Source of the DNA: Felis catus
Taxonomy: Eukaryota
Assembly: GCF_018350175.1 (NCBI RefSeq)
Contig: NC_058368.1
Coordinates: 159,962,001-160,026,000, forward strand
DNA length: 64,000 bases
Direction: 5' to 3'
Part shown: positions 51,631-64,000 of the stretch, piece by piece
How the letters are laid out: every line of letters begins with the position of its first letter
Numbering within the stretch: position 1 is the first letter of the stretch
Program-made: the position numbers and the translations under genes
Notes under the pieces: generated by a model
Databases searched by the model: none
The model's input: only the letters and a program-made list of their open reading frames with translations
Told to the model about the DNA's origin: nothing

Positions 51631-53099
51631 CATAGTATAAAGAGTACAGTCTGTAGAATTGCTATGAGGAAGGGAGTGGCAGCCAGTATCGTGCCTATTC
51701 TCATACTTCCCATTTCAGCTCTTATCCCACCCCCCCTCTGAATCTACTCTTAACAAAGAATCCGTAGAGTGTCTTTAAAAACGTAAAGTAAATCCTATTG
51801 CTCCACTGTTTGACACCCTTTCAGAAAAATCCAACCTTTTTCCATGGTCTTCCAAGAGCCTGCATGACCTCACTTCAGTCTAGCTCTGCAGAGTCTTACC
51901 CCATCATTCTCCCCCCTACTCATTATGTCCCAGCCACTTGGCCTCCTTTCTATCCGCAAGCCTGCCAAATTCTTCTCCACTTGCAGGCTTTTGCTCTTGT
52001 CCTTTCTAGGCCTGGAATGCTTCTCTCAGCTCTTCTCCTGCAGGCTATCCGTCATCCTGTAGGTCTCCGGTCAGATGTCACTTCCTCAGAGAGGCCCTCT
52101 AAACAGCATTCTCTAAAGAGGCTTTCCTCAGTTACTTTTGCTAGTTCCCTTCTTTATTTTCCTCATACAAATAGTGATTAGGATTTACAGTTATCTCATT
52201 TTACTTGTCTTACTGGCCTATTGTTTTCTCCCCTACTACAAGATAATCTTCCTGATCAGTTGATACGATGAAACATTTGGAAAAGTTTGAGGATATGTTA
52301 AAAGTAACTTTTTTTGGTAGGATTTTTAAAAGCAATTAAAAATTACAGGTAAAACAAACATTCTACAGAAAGGAAATAAAATTGTAGTACCCTCTTGCCA
52401 TCTTTTTCATGGCTATCATGAAGTTGACACTATTAGGGATTTTAATACATACGGCAATGTAATCCTCCTGGAGTGGTAGGGGGTGAATGTAGTAAGTGAG
52501 TGCTAACTGCCTATGGTGGAAGTTGGCATTGCTGATCCAACATCCATTCCACCCTTTCCCCATTGCATAGTGGCCATGTAGTCCCTTTAGAGCTCATCCT
52601 GATGAAATCAATTATTGTAATCCAATTCCCCTTGCTACTCTAATAAATCTGTGGATGGGCAGTTTGAAGCCAATAAATTCATGGCATCCCCTAGATTACA
52701 GGGAATGGTTCAGGAATGAACATATAACCCAATTTGTAGTAGAGGTCTATCGGGGGTTTGTCTAGGTATTCAGAAAAAGAGATTTCTTTGTTTTAATGTT
52801 AAAAATCAGAGAATGACCTCTTTCTTATTTTGGATGTCAGCTGTGTTAATGTGAAACCAGGAATTCCTACAACCCATTTACCTCCACAGGAGAGGCAGTC
52901 TAAGGATGGGGACATCATACCGAGGATAATAGAACTGAGGGAACCACAGAGAAATGGAGCCAGTGCCACTGGAAGTGGACTCGGGTTCACAATAAACTCT
53001 GGGCTTCCAATTGTGGAAATCAGTGCAGTTCTTATTTCTTAAATGAGGTGGGTTGATATTACTAGAAGTTGAGGCATCCTACCTGACAAAACCCTGTCA

Positions 53100-53655
53100 G
53101 GACTGGAGATCATGACCTGACCCAAAGTTGGGCACTTAACCAACTGAGCCACGCAGGTGTCCTCTGCCCTATCAGGTTTGTCTTAATAAGTCTCTTAACA
53201 AGTGAAGAGACATTGTCTAAAATATGTAAATAAAGAAATAAAATAGCTTTTAATATATATTATTTAGGAAATGGGGCTTGTTAACAGAAGAAACAGCTTT
53301 AAATACCTGAAAAGTGTTTGCCTCAGGGCCCAGAGATGAAGAGAAGAGAAAGGAGGCATCGGTTATTCTTTTAGTTGTTAGTCCATCAAAACTACTTCAT
53401 TTTTTTAACCATGTACTTTAATTTTTTAGACTTTTTCAAAAAGAACCAAAGGAGTTTAGAATTTTTTATTTTATTTTAGACAACATGAGCAGGGAAGAGG
53501 GGTAGAGGGTAGGGGGAGAGAAAGAGAGTGAGAGAATCCCAAGCAGACTCCATACTCAGCAGAGAGCCTGACTCGGGGTTGGATCCCACAACCCTGGGAT
53601 CATGACCTGAGCTGAAGAGTCGGACATTCAACCAACTGAGCCACCCAGGCACCCT
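53100..53655 (-). mobile_element. Can-SINE head fragment (~53100-53163) and full Can-SINE (~53460-53655)
   Basis: Reverse-strand heads ACTGAGCCAC(G/C)CAGG. Confidence 0.85.
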
Positions 53656-55519
53656 AAAGTGTAGAATTTTAAACTGAGTCCATTAAAAAAATGATTTTTT
53701 AATTACTTTTTGACCAAAGTATCTGACATCCTAGATGTAGAGAATGGTAATAGAAGAGTGGGGTATAGAGAGTGCACATAGAAAGAAAGGCAGGCTCTTA
53801 AAAGATAAAAAGTTAGCAGATTTGTCTGTTTTTAAAGTGCCCAGTGGATAATATCTCTAAATGTATGTACTATGCTGCAGAAGTATTGAACAACCCATAT
53901 TTCTTGTTTGTTAAGATTTCTTAGAACAAAATGAGCATTTTATGTATACAGTTGTCATAACCTGTTTCTGAGCAATAAGAGTATGTTTTTCTTTTTTTTT
54001 TTTTTAGTTTGATACTGACAGTATGCTTTCTCTAAGTAATATTATGGCCCCATGCTCCTCTTGTAAAATATTTTCCTGTTTCAATGTGAAGCAAATTTAT
54101 CGTTCCCCTATAGATTTTCACAGTGCTCTCTTGTTCACTCTGCATAAAATTCTAGTTGGATAATTTGATACTTTCCTCCTCTTACTACAAATTCACTTTG
54201 CATCTTTTCTCATCCAGATTTCAAATGTTGTCTAACGTATATTTTAGTGGAGTGTTTCTGTATCTCCCACAACCACTTAATTTTTTATAGGATAAATAAT
54301 TGGAGACACATTTAATTTTTTTTTCACTACAGAAAAATGCCCGCGTGAGAGGAAAGTAGTGGCTGAAATCCAGCCTGTGTCCTCTTGCTATGTAGTCTGG
54401 AATTTGCTGCCATGAAGAAAGGGCACATTCGATAATTCACACAGTTTCTATATGTGTTAGAGGGAAATAAAAAACAGCAGTAGGAGAAGATCATAAAATA
54501 TATAATCAATTTTCAACCAAAATTTTTGGAGCATCCTCTGAGTGTTAGGCACTGAGATCACAGAAGTGAGGAAATCAGTGGGCCCATAATGAATATTGAC
54601 TACCCCAGTTTTTGTATTTTCTCCCATTGTCCCACCTGGTTCGTGTCCCCTTTTGCTCTCAAGTATGGACCAGTTTGGACAGTAAATTATATAGTCACCC
54701 TGAAGAAGAAAGAAAATTTCATTCTAGACTGAGTGGCAAAGTCATAAGCAAGTGGAAAAGCATGATCCCTTCTGCTTTGGCAGGGCAGGAGGGTCAGTGG
54801 GGGAAGTGGAAAAAGGTACAAATATGATTGAAAACACAGGGACTCCAAGCTGGTGAACGGATTTACACAGCACTTTGAAGGAGTTTTTATTTGTCTTGAG
54901 AGCAATGAGAACTAGCAATGGTCTGGGGCAGGCAAAGGATAAGATCAGATCTGTTTAGGGTTGGAAAGATCAAAAGTACATTTCTGTACCACTGCCTTTC
55001 ATTTCATCTGCGCCCCCACCATATACACATACATGGCTCTAGGAAGGAGAGGAGAATCATGTCCTTTCTGAGTATAAACATAATCACAACTGAGGGCCAC
55101 TTAATCTTAAATCCACTACACCTCCTTGGAATGAAGAACCCACCCTTTCCATTCCCTCTGTAAAACACACTGACTGCTGTCATCAGCACACCGAACTTCT
55201 AAAGGTGTGCTTATAGGTGGTAAGCTACTCGAGTGCAATATACATTTCTGCTCCTATAAGTTGAATTGCATATTTTAAATTATGTGTTTGTTCTTTGAAG
55301 CCTGTTAATGCTAGTTGTTATTGTAGTTAAGTCATTGAAAAAAATTACATAAACTGGTGAACTAAGAAGGGAAACTAGTTTCTACAAAAATTTTAGGAAT
55401 GATTTTGAAAACCTGAAAGACAACTGGCCAAGAATATTCAGATAAATGAGGTGTGTGTGTGAGGCAACTATTAAAAAAAAAAAAAAAAAGTAAAATAGCA
55501 TAAACTTCCAGAAGATTCT

Positions 55520-55775
55520 GTGCTCAGTTTGCTTTACCATATACTTTGTAACTGAAGCCATATTAATATGCTCTATTAAAGGGACAGGCCAAGCCTGGGC
55601 TGCAGTCAAGGCTACTACTTGTTTGGGCTTATGGTAGTATATAATAATTCTCCAGGATTCACCCAGTTTTTGCAGGGGGCAGACAAGTGAATTAAATGGA
55701 GATATGATAGGGACCATGTATTAGGGTTCTCCAGAGGAATGGAATAATAGGAGATAGATAAATATATATGTCTTT

Positions 55776-55814
<39 letters not shown>

Positions 55815-58380
55815 GAATTGGCTCATGCTTTAGAGACTAATTCCCAAGATCTGCATTTGGCAAGCTGGAGACCCAGGAGAGCTGATGGTATTGTTCTGGT
55901 CCTAGTCCAAAGCCCTGAGACCCAGGAGAGTTGATGTTGTAAGTTCAAGTCTGAGTCTGAGTCCAAAGGCAGAAGACTGATTCCCATCTCTAAGACAGAC
56001 AGAGAAAATTCTCCATTATTCAGCCTTTTTTGTTTTATTCCGGTCTTCAATAAATCCAGATGAGAGCCACTCACATTGGGGAGGACAATCTAGTCAGTCC
56101 ACCTATTCAAATGTAAATTTGGATCCAGATGCACTCTTACAGACACACCCAGAATGTTTAACCAAATATCTGGGCACCTTGTGGCCCAGTCAAGTTGACA
56201 CATAAAATTAACCGTTACAGACTACCACCCAGGCATCCTTGTGATCCTTAGGAGTGGCACTCATCTTTACCATCTGTACCCAAAATATGATATATTGCTT
56301 TGGTTTTGTTGTAGTTTAGTCAGAGGTGAACGGGGTATTAGTTTCCAAGACTCCTATTTAGCCTTCCCCACTGTAACAGCTCTTGCTTTAGGAGCTAAAA
56401 CCCAATGTGGGGATTACTCCAACTGCTGAATATGTCAATCATACTCGTAACCTTTAGGGACTGAAGAAATGAGAGCGCTAGCTGTTTCCACAGACCCACT
56501 GTAGTCATTGCGAGCCCAGATCTGTCCCGGACTACATTTATTACCTGGCCTTTATATGTTCCTATTTTTAATGGGGAGACCAGGATAATACTCTTGGTCT
56601 CCAAGTATCAATGTCAACTCATACCCTATGTCCAATTTTCCCTGAAATGTCTGGATATTTCCTTTTCCTTAATGTTCAGTCACCTGAGAAAATAGCCGAG
56701 GTTCCCTTGGGAGAAGGACTAACTAGAAGAATCAGTATAATATCTATTTTCCATAGTATTGTGGAGTCCTTTCCTCCAGGACCTGGCTGCCTCTATAATC
56801 AACAGGTTCTGGGCCTGAAAATGAGCTCAGATCTGGGAACTGGGCAAGGGATCATGACTTTTTTTTTCTATTATGACCAAGTATCTTCATCCACTCTTGC
56901 TTTCTTTGATTACATATATTAGGCAGTATCCTTGTTGACTGCCCATCAATTTCTCCCCCTAGGAACACTGAGTTCTAGAAAACATTTCTACAACTCTTTC
57001 CAGGTTAACTCCTTTGGCTATCATGCTGGTTTTGACAGTTATTAGGATAATTGTGAATACCCTGACTTCTAGCATTAAGTTTTGTCTTCTGGATCTATTG
57101 TGCATTTGGGTCCCAACATTCCTGTTGCTGTTAATAAGCCAAGTTCTATGATAATATCACCTATTATGAACTCTGGCCTTTAAAGGCAAGCTGTCACTGA
57201 ACTTCTTTGTAAGGGTAATGCCTCTCTTACCAGGGCATGCCCAATGTTTTGGTGAATGGTGTATCCTCTGACCTCTCTCATGGAACATAATCTTCCCTGT
57301 GGGCTCCTGGCCTCAATAATATATCTACTTTTCTGATCTTTTAAATCTCGCCCTCCATTGCTTGCCATGGCAATTCAGGTATTTCAACATCTCTCAGCAT
57401 ACCAGTACTTTGTCCAGACTTCTAGGAACCATCCTAACAGGAGGTTTGCACCACCCCCTGGGACCCTGCCAGGGTGTTAAATCCCATATTCCAAGAACGC
57501 TTCCAAGTCAATAAGCTCAGCCTTGTCTAGTTTATGTTCTAGCTCTCTTGATGAAGCACTCTGAAAATCCAGTCCCAAATACTCCTCTGTTTGCTATCAG
57601 TATATGCTGACTAGTTCTTGCTCTTCTTTGGGATATAAATCAGGGGTAGCTTATTCCCATGTGGATTATGCTATGACTTAACCCTAGTTATTGGTATGGC
57701 AGCCATGAGAGAAGGTGAGGTAAGTTTCTGAGAGAGCCTCCTTTTGCTTTGTTCAGAACCACTCACTATAGTAACTTTCTGCCTGAAGGGAGTGCTAACT
57801 TTTAATCAGAAAAGTGGGGAACATACGTAGGCTCTGAGTGTTCAGATGAGTCTCAGCAGCCAGAATCTTTGGGGGCATCCGCACAGCTGTCTATATCCCA
57901 TGTGTCAGGGTCCCAAGTTGTCCAACAAGTTACCTATCCTTGGCTTCAATTGTTTTAAAACTTTCTTGATTAATTAAGTTTTGAGTTTGCTGTTCAAGCT
58001 TTTTCTGTTTTCCCAGGGTAGGGTTTAAGAGTGACTTTGGAAGCTACTAGTGAAGTAATGAGTTTTCACTTGGTTAACTGCTCTCTGGTTTTCATTAACC
58101 TTTTGTAGGCCTTTGTGCAACTTAATAAGACCTTGTATGTATTGTTCCTACATGTACACACACTTTTGAATTGCCTGAAATTTTTGCCCCAGCCATGGCA
58201 TTCCTCTGCTTCAGAATAATTGCCTTAGCACCAACTAGCATAACTGGGCCACCACATTTCTCCTAGGGCCTCTCCGTGCCCCAGATACCATGTGTGGTGA
58301 GGTTCATTGACAGTGGGACAGTTCTGATTTAGTTTCCCAAACCCCATCTACTGCTTTCTCAGACGACACCTTTTATCAAC
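55520..58380 (-). mobile_element. Decayed ERVL-class (HERV16/ERV3-16A3-like) internal region: gag, protease and start of RT
   Basis: ORF-track remnants VPIISPFNSLVCPLQKLGESWR (RT N-terminus) and GTYKGQVIN...IDIFSSWSNPHIG (protease), plus gag-like WDWIFRVL...IKLDKAELIDLG near 57510-57580. Many stops and frameshifts. Confidence 0.85.
55717..56219 (-). mobile_element. MLT2 solo LTR nested in ERVL pol
   Basis: Minus strand starts TGTAACGGTTAATTTTATGTGTCAACTTGACTGGGCCA and ends GAGAACCCTAATACA; 5-bp TSD GACCA/GACTA. Confidence 0.9.
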
Positions 58381-58780
58381 TGTGCCGCCTTGAGTGTTCC
58401 AAGAAAAAGATGACATGAAGTTAGTTGTACAGGAAGTCTATTGGAAGAAAGGTAAAGACAGCAGCATCGGGAAACAAAGCTTTCAGATTATGGTACAAAT
58501 CTGACAAAAGCTCACACAACACGACATGGAGCTCTGGAACAAATATTGCCTGTTGGGGAAATCCTACAACGGGAGAAATGGCTGTGCCCTAGTGTGATTG
58601 CCACGCTCAGTCAGTGGCTGAGGGCTACCAGAGAAGAGGTTGTCTCCACTGGAATGCTGTATCAAAACTCAAAAATGCTGCAGGTAGAGGCAATTACTTT
58701 AATGGCATTAATTGCAGCTGAACTGCAAGTTCTATCTTGAAGGGAGATCGAAGTAGTGCACTTCCATGTCTGCCCTACTG
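58381..58780 (-). mobile_element. Probable 5' LTR (LTR16-like) of the ERVL element
   Basis: Directly abuts a decayed PBS-like segment at ~58350-58380 and resembles LTR16 motifs. Family call is tentative. Confidence 0.55.
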
Positions 58781-58949
58781 ATCTAGCCTGAGAAGGCTCA
58801 GGTGTGCCAGCAACGAGTAGCCAAAGAACTTGATCCAGGGGATGGGAAGGAACGCTGAAATACGGAGGGCTGATTGAAAGCTACTGAAGAAGCAATTACA
58901 ACACTAGATCTCTCCAAGTCCGTATCACCAGGCAAAGGCCAACGGGAAA

Positions 58950-59310
58950 GTGGAGTTCTACTGGAACACAGCTATGACCTTCTGTTTATATATTGCCTAT
59001 GGCTGCTTTCTTCCTACAACACAAGAGGTGAGCAAATCGAAAATATTTACTACCTAGCACTATACGGAAACGTTTGTTGACTCCTTCTCTCTTAAGGTTA
59101 GTTATGTCTATATATTTCTATGGCAGAAATAATTTTAAAAATGGTGTGTTGTGGCATATCCCTTCCCAAATCTGTATTCAGAGAAATCACATTGGTAGCT
59201 TGAAACAGGCTGTGGTGGGAGAATTTTTATCATAGAAACTAGCAAATGCTACCATGCAGGACCTTTCCTTTTTGGAGAGCTGCTTGTTAAACATTTACAA
59301 GCAGCATTTA
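58950..59310. mobile_element. hAT MITE remnants (MER58-like ~58950-59085; MER63-like ~59140-59310)
   Basis: GAACACAGCTATGACC...ATGGCTGCTTTC and GAGAGCTGCTTGTTAAACATTTACAAGCA. Confidence 0.5.
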
Positions 59311-59328
59311 TTGCTTCATGGTAAGCAT

Positions 59329-59670
59329 TGTGAACTAAATTGTGCCTTCCCAAAATACATACGTTGAAGTCCCAACTCCCCGTACCTCAGAATGCGACTG
59401 CATTTGGGGATAAAGTTTTAAAAGAGGGAATTAAGCTAATCCAATATGACTGGTGTCTTCATAAAAAGGAAATTTGAAAATGGGTACGAAGGGAAGACCG
59501 TGTGAGGACTCGGGGGAAAATGGCCAACAAGCCAAGGAGAGAGGCTCCAGAAGAAATCAACCCTGCCGACACCTTGATCTTGAGCTTCTGGCATCACAGA
59601 ACTCAGAAAATAAATTTCTGTTTTCTGAGAAACCCAATCTGTGGTACTTTCTTGGGGAAAACTAATATAC
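59329..59670 (+). mobile_element. MLT1 (MaLR) solo LTR
   Basis: CCAAAATACATACGTTGAAGTCCCAAC...CCCTGCCGACACCTTGATCTTG...ACTAATATAC. Confidence 0.85.
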
Positions 59671-60377
59671 TAAGTGACCTAGAAAGTATCAAAGTGTACA
59701 GAAGACAATTTATTGACATGATTTTCAGAGTTTTGGTAATCTATTGTGTTCACCCCACTCTTTTTACTCCCTAGTTCAGTTGGTCACGCTAAGTGTCAGA
59801 TCAGCCTTTTGTACTCCTTGAAGACTGGTTCCCCTAGGAAATAAATACTATATTAGTAGAAGTACGATACTAGTACTGAGTATATATTTGAGTAAACTAA
59901 TTGGCAAAGTGTCTATATTGCTCCTTTAGGCATAATTAGACTTTAAAGCCTTTATAAATTCTTTTAAAAATCAAGTGTTCTTGGGAAGATGCTAATCTAT
60001 TTTCAATTCGGATTAATTAATACTATGGAAACTATAGTCAGGAATCTGGGTTTTTTTTCATGTATATTCACATTCCGTTAATAAATACAATCATCTCCCC
60101 ATGTGTATTTGTTTTCTGTAGTTTCAGTACCTGAATATGAGGTCAGTAAATGAAAAAATGCTTTCCTTTTTAGACTTTCAAATATGCACAATATATTTTT
60201 AAAACCCTGCTAGCATGAAAAAGGAGCAATTTGTAAAACATATCATTTAGTAAGAAACCTCTTAAGTGTTTAGGTGGTGTTGAGCAGTTTTCTAGGCAGA
60301 ATATTTACCCTGTGTGCAGTAATAAGGTGCATACCTCCTCTGGACAATATGGAGTACTTCAGTCATTTCCAAAATTT

Positions 60378-61526
60378 ATTTTATTTTTAAAAATTTTTAT
60401 TTTAATTCCACTTAATTAACATATAGTGTTATATCAGTTTCAGGTATACAATATAATAATTTAATACTTCCATACGTCACCTTGTGCTTATCACAATTGC
60501 ATTCCTAATCCCTGTACCTATTTAACCCATCCCCCCCATCCATCTCCCCTCTGGTAACCATCGGTTCTCTATAGTTAAGAATCTGTTTCTTGGTTTGCCT
60601 TCATTCTCTCTCCCTCTCTCTTTCCCTTTGCTGATTTGTTTTGTTTCTCCAACTCCACATATGAGTGAAATCATATGGTATTTGACTTTCTCATTTGGCT
60701 TAGTATAATACTCCCCAGCTCCAACCATGTTGTTGGAAATAGCAAGATTTTATTCTTTTTCATGGTTGAGTAATTTTCCATTGTGTATATATACCGCATC
60801 TTCTGTATACATTCATCAGTCGATGGACACCTGGGCTATTTCCATAGTTTGCCTGTTGTAGATAATGCTGCTGTAAACATTGGGGTGCATGTATCCCTTT
60901 GAATTAGTATTTTTGTGTTATTTGGGTAAATACCTACTAGTGCAATTCCTAGATCGTAGGGTAGTTCTATTTTTAACTTTTTCAGGAACCTCCATTCTAT
61001 TTTCCACAGTGGCTGCACCAGTTTGCATTCCCACCAACAGTGTAAGAAGGTTCCCCTTTCTCCACATCCTTGCCATAAAAGCCTGTTGTTTCTTATGTTG
61101 TTGATTTTAGTGATTCTGACAGGTATGAGGTAATATCTCACGATAGTTTTGATTTGCATTTCTCTGATGGTGAGTGATGTTGAGCTTCTTTTCATGTGTC
61201 TGTTGGTCATCTGTGCATCTTCCTTAGAAAAATGTTATTCATGCGGCGCCTGGGTGGCTCAGTTGGTTAAGCCTCTGATTCTTAATTTTGGCTCAGGTCA
61301 TGATCTCACAGTTTATGAGATTGAGCCCCATGTCAGGCTCTGCACTGACAGCATGGAGCCTGCTTGGGATTCTCTCTCCCTCCATATCTGCCCCTCCCCC
61401 TCCCCCTCTCATTCTTTCTTTGTCTCTCTTTCTCAATAAACAAATAAACATTTTTTTAAAAAAAGAAAAATGTTATTAATGTCTTGTGCCCATTTTTAAA
61501 TTAGATTATTTATTTTTTGGGTTAAG
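60378..61526 (-). mobile_element. 5'-truncated carnivore LINE-1 (ORF2 C-terminus and 3' UTR) with 14-bp TSD
   Basis: ORF 60836..61210 contains [31 protein letters not shown] at 60364-60377 and 61527-61540. Confidence 0.93.
61244..61463 (+). mobile_element. Can-SINE nested in the LINE-1
   Basis: TSD AGAAAAATGTTATT(C/A)ATG at 61226-61243 and 61464-61481. Confidence 0.93.
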
Positions 61527-62331
61527 CATTTCCAAAATTTTAAATGTATTTATTTTTTAGCAGGCAAGCTATCTTTAAACAAAAACTTGTTTAGAATCAT
61601 AGGCAATCAAGGAAGTAAAAGTAAAGATGGTAGAATTGAAGGTAAGGGAGGGCTGCAGAGGTTCTTCCACTCAGCTACCTGTCTGTCGTCCTGGAAGTCC
61701 TGTTGGCTCCTTCAAGAATCCTGGGCCCCTAAGAAATGCAGCTGGGAAACTGTTACAGAGAAATAAGCCCTAGGTAAGAATTTGAAAGCTATGCTCTGAG
61801 TTTGTGATTTTGAGCTGGTCATTAACCTTCTCTGGTCTTAGGTTCCCTGATTTTCTCAGTGGAGATATAGGATATAGGTGATCTCTAAGGCACTTCTCAG
61901 CCCTAAAATTCTATGATCTCCTTCTACCTGTTTATAAACCATTCCACATCTATCCAGGTGATAACAGAGATTTAATCTAGGTTCATGAACAAGGCAGACT
62001 ATGCCAAAGGGGAAACAAAACTTGATTGTACTCTGAATTGTCTTTAACTCTGGAAGGATATTTCATTTTTTGTATTGGCTAAATTCATCTCTGGTCAGGA
62101 ACTAAGAATTATTCCAACACTGCCTGATTTATGTGGTATAGATAAGGAATTTTCATGTTGTAATTTGAAAACTCTGCTAGTACATGAAGATCAAATTGAC
62201 CAGAAACCTGGAACATGGTAGGCATTCGATAGTTGTTGTCCCTTGTGACTTAGCTAAAAATCACTGCCCTGTATACATTAGAGTTGTGAATTTTATGGTA
62301 TGTGAGTTACATGTCAATTTTAAAAAGTTGC

Positions 62332-62552
62332 TGGAATGCCTGGGTGGCTTAGTTGGCTAAGCTTCTGACTTCAGTTCAGGTCATGATCTCCTGTTTTGTG
62401 AGTTAGAGCCTAGCGTCGGGCTCTGTGCTGACAGCTTGGAGACTGGAGGCTGCTTCAGATTCTGTGTCTCCCTCTCTCTCTGCCCCTCTCCCACTCACAA
62501 TCTCTTCCCCCCGCCCCCGCCCCGTCTCTCTCTCAAAACCTAAATAAACATT
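62332..62552 (+). mobile_element. Can-SINE
   Basis: Flanked by TTTTAAAAAGTTG on both sides. Confidence 0.9.
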
Positions 62553-62826
62553 TTAAAAAGTTGTTGAGTGAATAAAATGTTGCATTTTGAATGTAGATGT
62601 TAATTCATGTAGCAATTTTAAAATGTTTATTTCTTTTTTTTGTCTTATTCCCTCTGAATTTTATTTTTATAGGTAATGTATGTATCCATTACAAGATGCT
62701 AGCATTTCTAAAATTAATGCACAGATTGTACATATCAATATTTAATAAATAATGACCTGGTAATACAGTTATTAGTAATTATATTTCAAAATTTACATTT
62801 CAATGTTAATGTGCTATGCTGTACAG

Positions 62827-63218
62827 TTTTTTTATTTGATTTAACTTTATTTTTTATTTTTTTAAAAATTTACATCCAAATTAGTTAGTATATAGTGAAG
62901 CAATGAGTTCAGTAGATTCCTTAATGCCCCTTACCAATTTAGCCCATCCCCCCTCCCACAACCCCTCCAGCAACCCTCAGTTTGTTCTCCATATTTATGA
63001 GTCTCTTTTGTTTTGTCCCCTCCCTGTTTTTATATTATTTTTGTTTCCTTCCCCTTATGTTCATCATTTTTCTCTCTTAAAGTCCTCATATGAGTGAACT
63101 CATATGACTTTTGTCTTTCTCTGACTGACTAATTTCACTTAGCATAATATCCTCCAGTTCCATCCATGTAGTTGCAAATGGCAAGATTTCATTCTTTTTG
63201 ATTGCTGAGTACTACTCC

Positions 63219-63259
<41 letters not shown>

Positions 63260-63428
63260 CACATTTTCTTTATCCATTCATCCATTGATGGACATTTGGG
63301 CTCTTTCCATACTTTGGCTATTGTTGATAGTGCTGCTATAAACATGGGGGTGCATCTGTTCCTTCAAAACAGCACACCTGTATCCCTTGGATAAATGCCT
63401 AGTAATGCAGTTGCTGGGTTGTAAGGTA
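62827..63428 (-). mobile_element. 5'-truncated felid LINE-1 (L1_Fc-like) 3' end with internal (TG)n
   Basis: L1 3' UTR and ORF2-end sequence; (TG)n at ~63221-63257. Confidence 0.9.
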
Positions 63429-64000
63429 AAATGTTTATTTCTGATGCTCAGAATAAAACAACAATAACGAAAGACAAGAGAAAACAAAATAAAAACAGGA
63501 AATATACATAAAATACCTAATAGCAGCATTAGTTGTCAGGAGACATTAAAGATATTTGAGATATATCCTTGAACTTTGAGATTTTGGCAAGCCTGCATAT
63601 AAAAGAAATTTCCTTGCTGTTTTTTTCAAAGGCAAAATAGTGATTAGATCAGCTGTGATCCTTTATGACACTTAATTTTTTTTTTTTTTTTTTTTGCTTT
63701 GGAAGTGTTACACTTAAATTTAATAACATGAATTCATGATGCCTCATATGTTGCATATTATTTCCTTGGATCAATTTCTTAATGCAGTGATAGTCATGGG
63801 CTTTTTTATTAACTATAAAAATTTACAATGTTTGATCAATCTCAACATGAATGCAGTATTTTAATATCTTTCCTCCTTTCTGAGTAAATGAATATTTGTT
63901 GGGAGAGGTATTAGGAATCTAATAAGTTAGTTTAAAATAAAATCTTTCATATTTGGTTTACTTTTTTCCAGTTTTATTGAAAAATAATTGACATACATCA

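Noticed and set aside
55382..57368. Possible domesticated or intact retroviral gene
   Set aside because: gag, pro and pol remnants are riddled with stops and frameshifts and interrupted by an LTR.
60836..61210. 124-aa Cys/His-containing ORF
   Set aside because: C-terminal fragment of L1 ORF2p in a 5'-truncated copy.

Overview
Mammalian genomic DNA, almost certainly from a felid, judged by SINEC_Fc-type tRNA-derived Can-SINEs and L1_Fc-like 3' ends. The left 37 kb holds the 5' half of CHD1 (chromodomain helicase DNA-binding protein 1) on the minus strand. It has a non-coding first exon in a CpG island (~36539-37010), exon 2 with the ATG at 34298, a 22-kb intron 2, and 11 more coding exons down to position 741. 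All coding exons have GT-AG boundaries and join in frame: 1797 nt = 599 codons covering the Ser-rich N-terminus, polyQ, the double chromodomain and the start of the SNF2 ATPase. The gene continues beyond the left edge. The right 27 kb is a probable divergent-lncRNA zone followed by repeat-rich intergenic DNA (SINEs, L1, hAT MERs, MaLR, and a decayed ERVL-class provirus with a nested MLT2 LTR). I found no convincing new multi-gene system. The most interesting unexplained structures are: a 38-bp exact copy of CHD1 exon 7 inside intron 5; a four-uORF 5' leader with a hydrophobic uORF in frame with CHD1; an L1 3' transduction; a candidate poison exon; and complete strand bias of SINEs in intron 2. 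Repeat-family names come from recognising consensus motifs by eye, not from a search.
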